From: Methanothrix sp.
GTDB taxonomy: Archaea; Halobacteriota; Methanosarcinia; Methanotrichales; Methanotrichaceae
NCBI GenBank assembly: GCA_037128175.1
Contig: JBAXWY010000001.1
Location: 96,001 to 160,000, forward strand
DNA: 64,000 nucleotides
Direction of reading: 5' to 3'
In this document: positions 8,884 to 18,172 of the stretch, piece by piece
Numbering within the stretch: position 1 is the stretch's first letter
How the letters are laid out: each line of letters opens with the position of its first letter
Notes under the pieces: generated by a model
The model's input: the letters and a program-made list of their open reading frames with translations, nothing else
Told to the model about the DNA's origin: nothing
The model's database searches: none
Program-made: the position numbers and the translations under genes

Positions 8884-10770
8884 ATGAAGTGCACGTCAGA
8901 AAAGCCGCATAGATTCCTCGTCGTAATGTTTGCGTTCATCCTGTTGGCCAATTGCGCGAATGCTGTCGTCTTTGTCAAGCCGGGTGAGCGAATCCAGGCG
9001 GCCATAGATGCCGTCCCCATGGGAGGGACGATTGAGGTTTCCAGCGGCACCTACCTGGAGAGTCTGGTCATCGACCGATCGCTTATCCTCAAAGGCATAA
9101 GCTCCGGTGGGACCCTGCCTCGCGTGGAATCGGAAAACGGCCCGGCCATAACCATCAAGGCAAACGGAGTTATTTTGGAAGGGGTATGGGCTAAGAGCGC
9201 GAGCGGCTGGACAGGAGATGCCGGCATATTGGTGCTCTCCAATGACAATATCATCCGAAACAGTATGGCCAGCGGCAGCGGTAATGCCGGTATTCTCCTT
9301 AAGAAGTGCAGCAACAACACCGTCTTTGGCAATGTTGTTCAGGGAAACGGCAACGAGGGGCTTTTGCTGGAGAACGCCAGTTTCAATCGGCTGGAAAAAA
9401 ATGAGGTAAACGATAACCGCTACGGATGCAAGCTGGTTGGCGGCCTGGAAAACGTGATTTTGGGAAATACGTTCTTGCAGAACAGATTTGATGCCATCAA
9501 TTTAGAGGAAAGCAACGCCAATCTCATAGATGGAAATTATGCAGCAGGAAGCGAAAGTGCACTGGTTTTGGATAGCAGCCGCGACAACATCGTGCAGAGG
9601 AACGATTTTGTAGGAAACGAAAAAGGCATCTATCTATCATATCTTGGCACGGGCAAAGATGTGCAGTCCAAGGGAAAGGGCGTGGTCATATCCTACAACA
9701 GCATGCCCTCTTCGGAGAGCGTCTCCACCAATAATTCCATTTATCTGAACAATCTCTCCAACCAGAAAAATGCCCGTGATGATAGCCTCAATAACTGGGA
9801 TAATGGTATTGTGGGCAATAACTACAGCGATTTCAATGATCCTGCCGAAGGCTGCAAGGGCATCAAGATTTGCGACATGGAGAAATCCATTGATGGTGGC
9901 CCCAGCATGGACCGCTACCCAAAGGCTACTCCCGTCCCTGTTCTCGGTCGATCCACTGGCCCAGGAGGAGCGGCTATGCAGCTTTCCGGCAAGAGCTATC
10001 TTCCTGGCGGCAGGATGGATTTGAACTTCACAGCACCCGTGGGAGCGGAGGTTTGGGTGGGGCGGGCCGCGGCCTCGGGCCAGAATGGGCAAGAAGATCT
10101 CTATTTAGGGCAGAATAAATCGGGAGATGCCTGGCTCACCGCCCCAGAAGAGGAGGGCTCCTATCTGCTGGCCATGCGCGATCGGAACGGCACAAAGGTT
10201 CTGTCCCTGCCCTTCAATGTGACTGTGCCGGAGCTTTCTGCAAGCCCGGCGACGGTGTACACTTGCGAGAAGATCATCGTCGCCTTCCGGGGGGCTTTGG
10301 GCAGGAAGGATGACTGGATCGGCATGTACCGGGATGGTTCTTCGAATGCTGCCGTGCGGCAGACGCTAGGTAGCCGAGATAGGGGAAACGCCACATTCTC
10401 CGCCCCTGATGCGGGCAGCTACCTATTCAAGATGTTTGCAGGTGGGGCAAATCTTCCTCTGGCCTCAAGCAATACCGTTGAGGTGAAGCCGAATGCCGGC
10501 CATAAGGTGATTGCAGAGCCATCCAAGGTAGCTCCGGGTGGTTTGGTTACCATCACCTTCTGGGGCGCGGCCCCGGCCAGCGTGATCGGCATGTATGGCA
10601 TGACCCGGCCGGACAGGTTCGACTTGGGAAAAATATCTACAGGAGGGCGCAGTTGTGGCAGCATGGTCAGGCGGCTTCCTGCGGCACCCGGCCAGTACGA
10701 CTTCCGCATGTTCCAGGATGATATCAACCGGCCGCTCCTGGCCCAGAGCAATGTGGTGACGGTGTCATAA
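8884..10770 (+). CDS. Secreted NosD-like right-handed beta-helix protein with C-terminal Ig-like repeats
   Basis: IQAAID, GTYLESLVID, Asn-rich beta-helix repeats, GNNYSD...DRYP; C-terminal repeats with (DW)IGMY. Confidence 0.8.
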   Translation: MKCTSEKPHRFLVVMFAFILLANCANAVVFVKPGERIQAAIDAVPMGGTIEVSSGTYLESLVIDRSLILKGISSGGTLPRVESENGPAITIKANGVILEGVWAKSASGWTGDAGILVLSNDNIIRNSMASGSGNAGILLKKCSNNTVFGNVVQGNGNEGLLLENASFNRLEKNEVNDNRYGCKLVGGLENVILGNTFLQNRFDAINLEESNANLIDGNYAAGSESALVLDSSRDNIVQRNDFVGNEKGIYLSYLGTGKDVQSKGKGVVISYNSMPSSESVSTNNSIYLNNLSNQKNARDDSLNNWDNGIVGNNYSDFNDPAEGCKGIKICDMEKSIDGGPSMDRYPKATPVPVLGRSTGPGGAAMQLSGKSYLPGGRMDLNFTAPVGAEVWVGRAAASGQNGQEDLYLGQNKSGDAWLTAPEEEGSYLLAMRDRNGTKVLSLPFNVTVPELSASPATVYTCEKIIVAFRGALGRKDDWIGMYRDGSSNAAVRQTLGSRDRGNATFSAPDAGSYLFKMFAGGANLPLASSNTVEVKPNAGHKVIAEPSKVAPGGLVTITFWGAAPASVIGMYGMTRPDRFDLGKISTGGRSCGSMVRRLPAAPGQYDFRMFQDDINRPLLAQSNVVTVS

Positions 10771-10851
10771 GGTCCAACCATACGAAATAGTGAAGAACCT
10801 TTTTTTGCCGCAAGGACTATGGCTTTAAGGCAAGAGCGCGAATGAGTGGCC

Positions 10852-11823
10852 ATGGATCTTGAGACCAAGGCCCAACTCCTTTCCGTGGGAACCGTGCAGT
10901 TGGCAAAGCCCCACGCGGGCGGGCGGGCCTCCACGGCGGGGCCGGGTGCGGGCGGCCAGTCTGTCTTTTTCCAGTCCGGGCCGCACCTGGTTCGCCTCTC
11001 TGTGGCAGAAAGCTCGCCCCTGCGTCTGGAGAGCCGCGAGGCGGGCGTGGCCATTATGATGGACGGCAGGGAGATCGCACGGGGCCAGCTGGCGGAGCCG
11101 CTCCTGCACTGCCCGGAGCAGGCCTACATTACCGTCTCGGAGCGCTGCATCTATGACTGCAAGTTTTGCGCCGTTCCAAAATTGGCAGGCGGCATAAAGT
11201 CCAATCAGACGGTCTTGCAGATGGTAGAGGAAGCGGCCCGGACGGGCAGCCTGCGGGCTATATCCCTGACCAGCGGCGTGGAGGTCTCGCCGCCGCATGA
11301 GGCGGAGCGGGTGGCCGGGATCGTCCGGGATCTAAAGCGCTTTGGCGTCCCAGTGGGAGTTTCTATCAGTCCCTTTCCCGGCGTAAATCAAATTCTCAAA
11401 GACGCCGGCGCGGATGAGGTCAAGTACAACCTGGAGTGCGTGGACCCTGATCTGTTTTTGCAGGTCTGTCCGGGCATCTCCCGACCGGAGATCATGGATG
11501 CCCTGCAAGAGGCGGTGGCCATTTTTGGCAAGAACCGGGTCTTTACTAATATTATCGTGGGCCTGGGCGAGTCCGATGAAACATTGCGCCGCAGCATCGA
11601 TGAGCTGACCGAGATGGGCGTCATCCCGGTCTTGCGGGCCGTCTTTCCTCACCCACTGCGGATCGGGGAGACGTGGATGGAGCGACCTTCGGCGAAGCGG
11701 CTGCTGGAACTGGCGCACTATCTGATGGCGGCGCTGGAGAAGAATGGACTGGACGGGGCTGCTGCCCTCACCGGCTGCTACCGCTGCACGGGCTGCGATC
11801 TGACGCCGGGCCGGGACCTTTAG
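10852..11823 (+). CDS. Radical SAM protein (biotin synthase-related family)
   Basis: CIYDCKFC motif, NIIVGLGE, C-terminal CYRCTGC. Confidence 0.88.
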   Translation: MDLETKAQLLSVGTVQLAKPHAGGRASTAGPGAGGQSVFFQSGPHLVRLSVAESSPLRLESREAGVAIMMDGREIARGQLAEPLLHCPEQAYITVSERCIYDCKFCAVPKLAGGIKSNQTVLQMVEEAARTGSLRAISLTSGVEVSPPHEAERVAGIVRDLKRFGVPVGVSISPFPGVNQILKDAGADEVKYNLECVDPDLFLQVCPGISRPEIMDALQEAVAIFGKNRVFTNIIVGLGESDETLRRSIDELTEMGVIPVLRAVFPHPLRIGETWMERPSAKRLLELAHYLMAALEKNGLDGAAALTGCYRCTGCDLTPGRDL

Positions 11824-11855
11824 ATTTAGGGCGCTCAGAACTCAATATCCTCATC

Positions 11856-12158
11856 ATGGCATTCTTCGCCGCGTTCTTCTGGTGGCGGCAGGGCATACTG
11901 CCGGTGCGGGAAGGCGAGCCGGCAGAGGAGGCGAACCGCTTCAGCTTGCTGGAAGCTGCGGCTTTTAGCGCCATGACCTTCCTCTCCGGAGGCAAGCTGG
12001 TCTTCGATCCGCCCGAATACAGAATTGCCCCCGGAAGACCATGGCGCGATGTGCAGATCTCCAAAGCCCTCTTTATCCTGGAGAGGCTTTTGGGCATGGT
12101 GCTGATCATCATGTTCGCCATTGCGGTCGGCAAGACGATAATTCTGGGCGGAGGATAA
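11856..12158 (+). pseudogene. C-terminal remnant of a pentapeptide/2TM channel-like membrane protein
   Basis: FFWW..G...SLLEAAAFSAMTFLSG...ILERLLGMVLIIMFAIAVGKTII aligns with the C-termini of 31137, 32990 and 51953; no N-terminal domain. Confidence 0.65.
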
Positions 12159-12225
12159 GGAAAATGCTGCAAATATGATTTAATCCCGTAAATCCCCTGG
12201 GTATAATTATTCAGCCACGAATATT

Positions 12226-12360
12226 AACCGCAGAGACGCAGAGTTCAGAGAGACGTGAAATTTGGCTTATTACCAGCACTTGAAAATAATAGCATACTTG
12301 CTTCTGAGCAATAGTCGTCTCCGTTCGTTCGTCCTCTGTGCGCTCTGCGCCTCTGCGGTT
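12226..12360. repeat. REP/MITE-like inverted repeat of the ACCGCAGAG-type family
   Basis: Arms AACCGCAGAGACGCAGAG (12226-12243) and CTCTGCGCCTCTGCGGTT (12343-12360), 17/18 complementary. Confidence 0.8.
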
Positions 12361-12387
12361 TAATTCAGGAAGACAGTTGAGAAGAAG

Positions 12388-12612
12388 TCAAGCTACTGAG
12401 AACCATTCCTCGCGACTGATCCCAGCTTCATCTAAAACAGTGTCCAGCAGAGAGGGATCTATCTCCTCACCATGATGTGGGTTTGGTATGCGTGCGGTTA
12501 CCATACCTCGTTTCATGTAGGCGTGTTTCCCACCAGGATACGGGCCATCAAATCCCAGTTTTCTTAATCGCCTAATTAGTTCTCGTCGCGATACGGGAGT
12601 TAATCTAGACAC
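12388..12612 (-). CDS. hicA: Type II toxin HicA (mRNA interferase)
   Basis: 74 aa basic protein; LRKLGF...GGKH...IPNPH...LLDTVLDEAGIS. Confidence 0.9.
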   Translation of the reverse strand: MSRLTPVSRRELIRRLRKLGFDGPYPGGKHAYMKRGMVTARIPNPHHGEEIDPSLLDTVLDEAGISREEWFSVA

Positions 12613-12856
12613 CTGCGATGGGCTCCGCTGATGCTTCTATGACTTGGTTATCCATCGATGGAATTGGCAACCCCAATCTCAAGCGTAATGCTATCCAACC
12701 TTCAATAACCTCTACAAGCTCGATACGTGCTCCTTCGATAGTCTTGCCTGTAGCCCAAACACCTTGCAGACCAGGAACGGTAGCAACATACTCGCCGTTA
12801 TCCAGGATTTTATAAATGGCTTTGGATAGTGCCGCCATAATGTACTCAGCAAACAT
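12605..12856 (-). CDS. hicB: Type II antitoxin HicB (short form, no C-terminal DNA-binding domain)
   Basis: YVATVPGLQGVWATGKTIEGARIEL...G.PIP; overlaps the hicA start. Confidence 0.9.
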   Translation of the reverse strand: MFAEYIMAALSKAIYKILDNGEYVATVPGLQGVWATGKTIEGARIELVEVIEGWIALRLRLGLPIPSMDNQVIEASAEPIAGV

Positions 12857-12981
12857 GTCAAGACCCTATATGCCTTGAAGGGATTTAACATTATTCACCG
12901 CAGGCGGCGCAGCTTCCAGCCTCTTCTACTCGGCCACATCCGGTCAGGGCATGATGCAGGCCAACCAGGAGAACAAGACAA

Positions 12982-13263
12982 TTGGCTCCTCAAGGCATCC
13001 ATGAACCTGGAACCGGCCTAGCCAATCCCGAGGTAAATGAGGCTCTGAAAGGGACCGGACAGGGTCTGGAGACAAAAGCTGAAGACGCCAAGAACGAATC
13101 TGCCGCCGGCCCCACCCCAGCTCAGCCGGGATTTGAAGCTGCACTGGCATTGCTGGGCATCACTGCCGCTTCATTCGGGCTGTTCTGCGGAAAAAACTTG
13201 CCTCACATAACCCATATCCTTTTAATTTCCAATTTTTATATTATTATAGTTTTCGCCTGCTAG
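12982..13263 (+). pseudogene. C-terminal remnant of a PGF-CTERM-anchored surface protein
   Basis: Linker NESAAGPTPAQ followed by PGFEAALALLGITAASFGLF; no convincing N-terminus or signal peptide. Confidence 0.55.
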
Positions 13264-13312
13264 AGGAGACGAAAGAGATTAATGCCGTCCTGACATTCAT
13301 CCCAGCACTTCT

Positions 13313-14956
13313 ATGAAAATCGCCCTCTTGCAGCTCAATCCCACCGTCGGAGATCTCCCGGGCAACATTGCCCTCATCGCAGGCGCCGCCCGCCGCGCCG
13401 CTGGTGCGGACTTGGCCGTCACCTCCGAGCTGGCACTCCTGGGCTACCCGCCCCGCGACCTGCTCCTCAATGCCGATTTTGTAGAGCGCAGTTGGGCCGC
13501 CCTGCGCCGCCTGGCCCAGGAGCTGAGCGATCTGCCGCCTATCCTGGTGGGCCTGGCCGAGCCCAACTCAGGCGAGGCGGGCCGACCCCTTTTCAACTCC
13601 GCGGCCCTGCTCTGCGAAGGCAGGGTGGAGAGGACCTTCAAAAAGACGCTGCTTCCCACCTACGATGTTTTTGACGAGGACCGTTACTTTGAGCCGACGG
13701 CTGAATCGCAGCTCCTGGAGCTCGGGACGACGGTCCTCGGCATCTCCATCTGCGAGGATATCTGGAACGATCGCGACCAATGGCGGCATCGGCGCTACCA
13801 CACAGATCCGGTACAGGAAATGGTGGCGGCAGGTGCGAAGGCCATCATCAACCTCTCCGCTTCGCCCTTCACAACCGGTAAGCAAAAACATCGCGAGGCC
13901 ATGCTCTCTGACCTGGCCAAAAAATACCGCGTTCCATTTTTCTACGTCAACCAGGTGGGCGGCAACGACGACCTGGTCTTCGATGGCCGAAGCTGTGCCT
14001 TCGATGGGGAGGGCCAGCTGGCGGCCCGGGCGCGGGGCTTCGAGGAGGATCTGATAATAGCGGATATGGCGAACCAGGCCGACGGGACTGCAGCGATCGC
14101 AGAGGACGATTTCACTCCTGAGTCAGAGATCTGGCGGGCTCTCGTTTTGGGCACGCGCGACTACGTTCGAAAGTGCGGCTTTTCCGAAGTTCTTCTGGGC
14201 CTTTCCGGAGGCATAGACTCAAGCCTCGTCGCTGCCATAGCCGTTTCTGCTCTCGGCCCACAAAACGTCCTGGGAGTGCTCATGCCCTCCCCGTACACCA
14301 GCCCAGAGAGCGTGCAGGACGCTATGGCTCTCGCGCAAAACCTGGGGATAAAGACGCTTACCCTGAACATCACCGATATCATGAACTCCTTTGACAGTGA
14401 GCTGGCAAAGCCATTCCGGGGCCTGCTTAAGGACGTGACTGAGGAGAACATCCAGGCCCGCATTCGCGGCAACCTTCTCATGGCCCTCTCCAACAAGTTT
14501 CGCCTGGTGCTTCTCACTACGGGAAACAAGTCGGAGCTTGCCGTGGGCTACTGCACCATCTACGGCGACATGTCCGGGGGTCTGGCCGTCATCTCCGATG
14601 TTCCCAAGACAGCAGTCTACCGGCTGGCGAAGTGGCTGAACGCCAGAGGTAGTGAGATCATCCCTGATGCGGTTCTGCATAAAGCGCCCACCGCGGAGCT
14701 TCGCTTCGATCAGACCGACCAGGACAGCCTGCCTCCCTACGAGGTGCTGGATGACATTCTGGAAAGATACATCGAGAGGCACCAGTCAAAAGAGGAACTC
14801 TTTGCCCAGGGATTTGAAAAAGCGATGGTGGAAAGAGTGCTCAGTCTAGTGAAGAGTGCCGAATTCAAGAGGCGGCAGGCAGCTCCGGGACTGAAGGTGA
14901 CGGATAGGGCCTTTGGCAGCGGCTGGAGGATGCCGGTGGCCAGCCGGGCCTGGTGA
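13313..14956 (+). CDS. nadE: Glutamine-dependent NAD+ synthetase
   Basis: Nitrilase-type domain (ELALLGYPP, KTLLPTYDVFDE, SICEDIW) fused to synthetase domain (LSGGIDS, ENIQARIRG, TTGNKSE). Confidence 0.97.
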   Translation: MKIALLQLNPTVGDLPGNIALIAGAARRAAGADLAVTSELALLGYPPRDLLLNADFVERSWAALRRLAQELSDLPPILVGLAEPNSGEAGRPLFNSAALLCEGRVERTFKKTLLPTYDVFDEDRYFEPTAESQLLELGTTVLGISICEDIWNDRDQWRHRRYHTDPVQEMVAAGAKAIINLSASPFTTGKQKHREAMLSDLAKKYRVPFFYVNQVGGNDDLVFDGRSCAFDGEGQLAARARGFEEDLIIADMANQADGTAAIAEDDFTPESEIWRALVLGTRDYVRKCGFSEVLLGLSGGIDSSLVAAIAVSALGPQNVLGVLMPSPYTSPESVQDAMALAQNLGIKTLTLNITDIMNSFDSELAKPFRGLLKDVTEENIQARIRGNLLMALSNKFRLVLLTTGNKSELAVGYCTIYGDMSGGLAVISDVPKTAVYRLAKWLNARGSEIIPDAVLHKAPTAELRFDQTDQDSLPPYEVLDDILERYIERHQSKEELFAQGFEKAMVERVLSLVKSAEFKRRQAAPGLKVTDRAFGSGWRMPVASRAW

Positions 14957-15027
14957 AGGGGATGGCGTCGCGGCGAATAATTTTGAGTGTCGTTTAAATA
15001 GATTCAGGCTAAAAGACGATATTTGTA

Positions 15028-16323
15028 ATGAAAGGCGGCGGCAAGTGGAGCGGGATTGTGCACAGGAATACGGCAGTAACATTGGTTTTTGTAGCCGCCC
15101 TTCTCGTTATGTCGGCTCATTCCCAGGAATCCGACTCCTCCGTTGGGCAGAGTCTGATCCTCAATGTCTACCTGGATAACGCCGGCAAAGCATTGGTCAC
15201 CGGCTATGCTGAGGATGTTAGCGGTCTAGCCTTCCTCGCCAACTCACAGTTCCGGTTCGAGAACGATTCTCATCAGCTCTATGCCCTTACTGACGATCTG
15301 ACGGCAAAGAGGGGCGATCTCTGGACTTTGAGCTTTGATGCCAAAGGCAGCTTTGATGATTATCGTGTCACATTCTACCTGCCTAGCGAGACCAGCCTGG
15401 GGGAGATCAACGCCTCGCTAGGTCTGGGATATCTGCTCTCTGCGTCTAATGAGTCCCTGGTGGCAGATGTGCAGGGATATGAGGTTTCTGACCCCCGCAT
15501 TTCCATTTTGTACCAGCAGCCACTGGCAGCTAACGGCAGCAGCCTGCCTCCTCTTCCTGGCTATCCGGGCGAGGGTGCGGCCCTGATCATGCTTCTCATT
15601 GCCGCCGCCCTCCTGGTGGCAGGCTTTGGCTTTGCCGTCTTCTTGCAGAGAAAGAGGCGCAGCTCAATGGCGAGTCCAATTGAGGATGATCTGGCAGTCC
15701 AAGGAGCAATTGCAAATGGGAAGGCAAAAGATATCACGATAGCTCCGCTGCCCGAGAACCCTGATATGGCGGCGGCGCCGGACACGCCGTGCACTGCCAT
15801 AGAGACCTTGCCTTCGTCCGAGGTGGATTCTCGCCTACCCCCAACAGAAGAAGATGATGGTGTATTTCTGCCCGAGGCATCACAAACAGCCCTCGCGAAT
15901 GAGCCTGGCCGCATCGAGCCCTCGCCCCGTCCGGCAGAGGAGCGGGCAAAGCCTACCGAGCCGGTCGGAATCCAGGCACAGGACACTCCAATAATAGAAT
16001 CTACGACAACCCAAGAAACACCGATGGCGAGCCGGCTGCCTCTGGAGCCGTCCGTGAAAAACATTATCGTAGTCAGCTCTGAGATGGATGCGGTCATGCA
16101 GACCCTCACCGCTCGAGAGCGAGCCGTGATGAGCACATTAATTGATCATGGTGGCAGAATGACCCAGGCAGATATCCGGTATGATACAGGAACGCCTAAA
16201 TCGTCCTTAACCGGAATTTTGATTTCGTTAGAGCGCAGAAAACTCGTAAGCAAGAAGGAATGGGGACGAACCAATATAATAGAACTTTCTGATTGGTTTT
16301 TATCAAAAAAGGAACGTTTGTGA
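15028..16323 (+). CDS. Membrane-anchored winged-HTH transcriptional regulator (signal peptide, ectodomain, TM, acidic/Pro linker, MarR-like wHTH)
   Basis: N-terminal signal, TM AALIMLLIAAALLVAGFGFAVFL followed by RKRR, C-terminal LTARERAVM...GRMTQADIR...PKSSLTGILISLERRKLV.K...GRTNII. Confidence 0.85.
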   Translation: MKGGGKWSGIVHRNTAVTLVFVAALLVMSAHSQESDSSVGQSLILNVYLDNAGKALVTGYAEDVSGLAFLANSQFRFENDSHQLYALTDDLTAKRGDLWTLSFDAKGSFDDYRVTFYLPSETSLGEINASLGLGYLLSASNESLVADVQGYEVSDPRISILYQQPLAANGSSLPPLPGYPGEGAALIMLLIAAALLVAGFGFAVFLQRKRRSSMASPIEDDLAVQGAIANGKAKDITIAPLPENPDMAAAPDTPCTAIETLPSSEVDSRLPPTEEDDGVFLPEASQTALANEPGRIEPSPRPAEERAKPTEPVGIQAQDTPIIESTTTQETPMASRLPLEPSVKNIIVVSSEMDAVMQTLTARERAVMSTLIDHGGRMTQADIRYDTGTPKSSLTGILISLERRKLVSKKEWGRTNIIELSDWFLSKKERL

Positions 16324-16400
16324 ACCTTTTTTATCCGGCATGCAGATGCGACCACCTCATTTTAAACCGTTCGTTCGGCTCTTACCTTTTCTATCGTTCC
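16313..16400 (+). promoter_or_regulatory. Conserved three-box upstream element, site A
   Basis: AACGTT-N5-ACCTTTT, then ACCGTTCGTTCGG-N8-TTTTCTATCGTTCC; same boxes and spacing at 56682-56769 on the minus strand. Confidence 0.75.
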
Positions 16401-16510
16401 GGAGAATGTTGTCTTGTCGAACTAGGAAGCTTATGTCAGCTCCAGTTTGACGAACGGGTAAGATGAGTGGGACGATTGTGGATTATAACGAATTAGAGGT
16501 TTGATTACAG

Positions 16511-17230
16511 ATGAAATTTACGGAAATATCGGGAAAGATCGCGTTGATCGCTCTGGCCGCGGTCTGCCTTTTGGCGGCACCTGCTCTTTCAATGCCAATG
16601 GATAACGGCCCTGGTCGGCAGGGACATGATGGAATGTTTGCCCCTATGAATAATCTGACGGCAGAAGAGTTGGCTAATATGACTCTAGGCGAGCTGAAGG
16701 AGATGCGGCATACGACCTGGAATAATACGACCGCTTGCCCTGCTAAAGAGCCGGGACGAAACTGCAGTCAATGGGGAAGGAATGCCAATGAATCCCTCGG
16801 CATGAAAGGAAAAGGCATGGGGGAAATGGGCATGGGTGACAATCAGATGAGAAACGGCCCGAAGGATGGTATGTCAAAACACATGGGTGGCGCAATGTGC
16901 GGTGCAATGTGCGGCCAGGATGACAAAAGCGGTGGGTGCGATAAAGCCTCCATGGGCATGAAAGAAGCCTCTCCAATTATGCTGCTTATAGATGATCTGA
17001 CTGTAGATGATTTGGGCAACATGACAGTCAATCAGATCAAAGATCTCTCCGAGAAGAAGATGCAGGAAATGGATAATATGACCCTTAACCAGATCAAGCA
17101 GCTTCAGGACAAGAAGGCGCAGGAGAGAGACAACCTGACCCTGAACCAACTCAAGGAAGAGAATAAGAATATGAGGGAAATAGCGGAGATCTTGGAGGGG
17201 TTGGGCTCCAAACCCCATATCAAGAATTGA
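16511..17230 (+). CDS. Secreted Met-rich protein with NMTLNQIK helical repeats
   Basis: Signal peptide; repeats NMTLGELK, NMTVNQIK, NMTLNQIK, NLTLNQLK; paralogue at 56102-56599. Confidence 0.8.
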   Translation: MKFTEISGKIALIALAAVCLLAAPALSMPMDNGPGRQGHDGMFAPMNNLTAEELANMTLGELKEMRHTTWNNTTACPAKEPGRNCSQWGRNANESLGMKGKGMGEMGMGDNQMRNGPKDGMSKHMGGAMCGAMCGQDDKSGGCDKASMGMKEASPIMLLIDDLTVDDLGNMTVNQIKDLSEKKMQEMDNMTLNQIKQLQDKKAQERDNLTLNQLKEENKNMREIAEILEGLGSKPHIKN

Positions 17231-17469
17231 TTTAATCTGGCTTTGATGGTAGTTGGGCTTTTTGCCTATCTCCATTTACGAAATTGATGTTGTTGGGTTC
17301 CCTCCCAGCCAAAAAAAAAAGACGGCCGGCCTATAGAGCTGTCGGCTCGTCTTCTCATTATTAGTACTACTGTATTGGAACCAGGAATATTTGCCCAGGA
17401 AATAGACTTATAACTAAAGAATTGTGAATTCCGGGAAAGATGTTGGGCCGTTTTGGCAGGCGAATTTTG

Positions 17470-18132
17470 ATGATTGATACTTGCAGAAGAGTTTTGTGTA
17501 TAGGGCTGGCGAGTTTGCTCTTTATCGGTCTGTCCGGCATGTCTCTAGCCGAGCCCAATGAGGACCAGAATATGGATGAGCTACGTGAAGGGATGTGTCC
17601 TCAGGATGGCGAGATGATGCCGCCCCAAAATGCGGGCTTTCCCATGGGCGTTCCCGTGGAAGTCCTGTTTAGCGGTCATGGTTTTGCAATATTAGGCAAT
17701 GAATCCCATATCCTCCGCCTGAAGGTTGAGGCCATCATGCCTTTAGAGCCCTGCCAGATCAAAGGTCTCCTGGCCTCCAACAAGAGCCTGGAGGAGATCA
17801 GGGATGACATCCGGGCTAAAGAAGGCGAGAAGACTAATCGCGGCAGCATGATTCTGGATCGCAGCATCTATCCACTCATCAACATAGCCGTATCTACGTC
17901 CGGCAATAATTCGACCTCCCTGAAGGCCGATCTTGCTGATTTGGGCCCGCTTTCCGCCGCCAATGATACGGCGATCTTGGGCAGCATCTCCATGATCATC
18001 TCTCCCTCCGACGGGGGCATGATCGGAAATGGTGAGCTTCGTATCGATCAGGGCTCGCTTGCAGCCAGATACTCTCTGCTGATCGACATGGAGCCACCCC
18101 GCCATGGCCAAAAAATGATGATGAGGAGATGA
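17470..18132 (+). CDS. Secreted hypothetical protein with Met-rich termini
   Basis: Signal-like N-terminus (VLCIGLASLLFIGLSGMSLA), beta-rich core. Confidence 0.7.
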   Translation: MIDTCRRVLCIGLASLLFIGLSGMSLAEPNEDQNMDELREGMCPQDGEMMPPQNAGFPMGVPVEVLFSGHGFAILGNESHILRLKVEAIMPLEPCQIKGLLASNKSLEEIRDDIRAKEGEKTNRGSMILDRSIYPLINIAVSTSGNNSTSLKADLADLGPLSAANDTAILGSISMIISPSDGGMIGNGELRIDQGSLAARYSLLIDMEPPRHGQKMMMRR

Positions 18133-18172
18133 GCCAATCGCCTTCCATCATCTCGATCTTTTTGGGGGAGAT

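Noticed and set aside
11673-11855. Amber readthrough or frameshift fusion of the radical SAM gene to the channel tail
   Set aside because: The two are in different frames, the radical SAM protein has a complete C-terminus, and no slippery site is evident.
12321-12331. CCGTTCGTTCG resembling the 16366 box
   Set aside because: It lies inside the REP-like repeat and lacks the other two boxes and their spacing.
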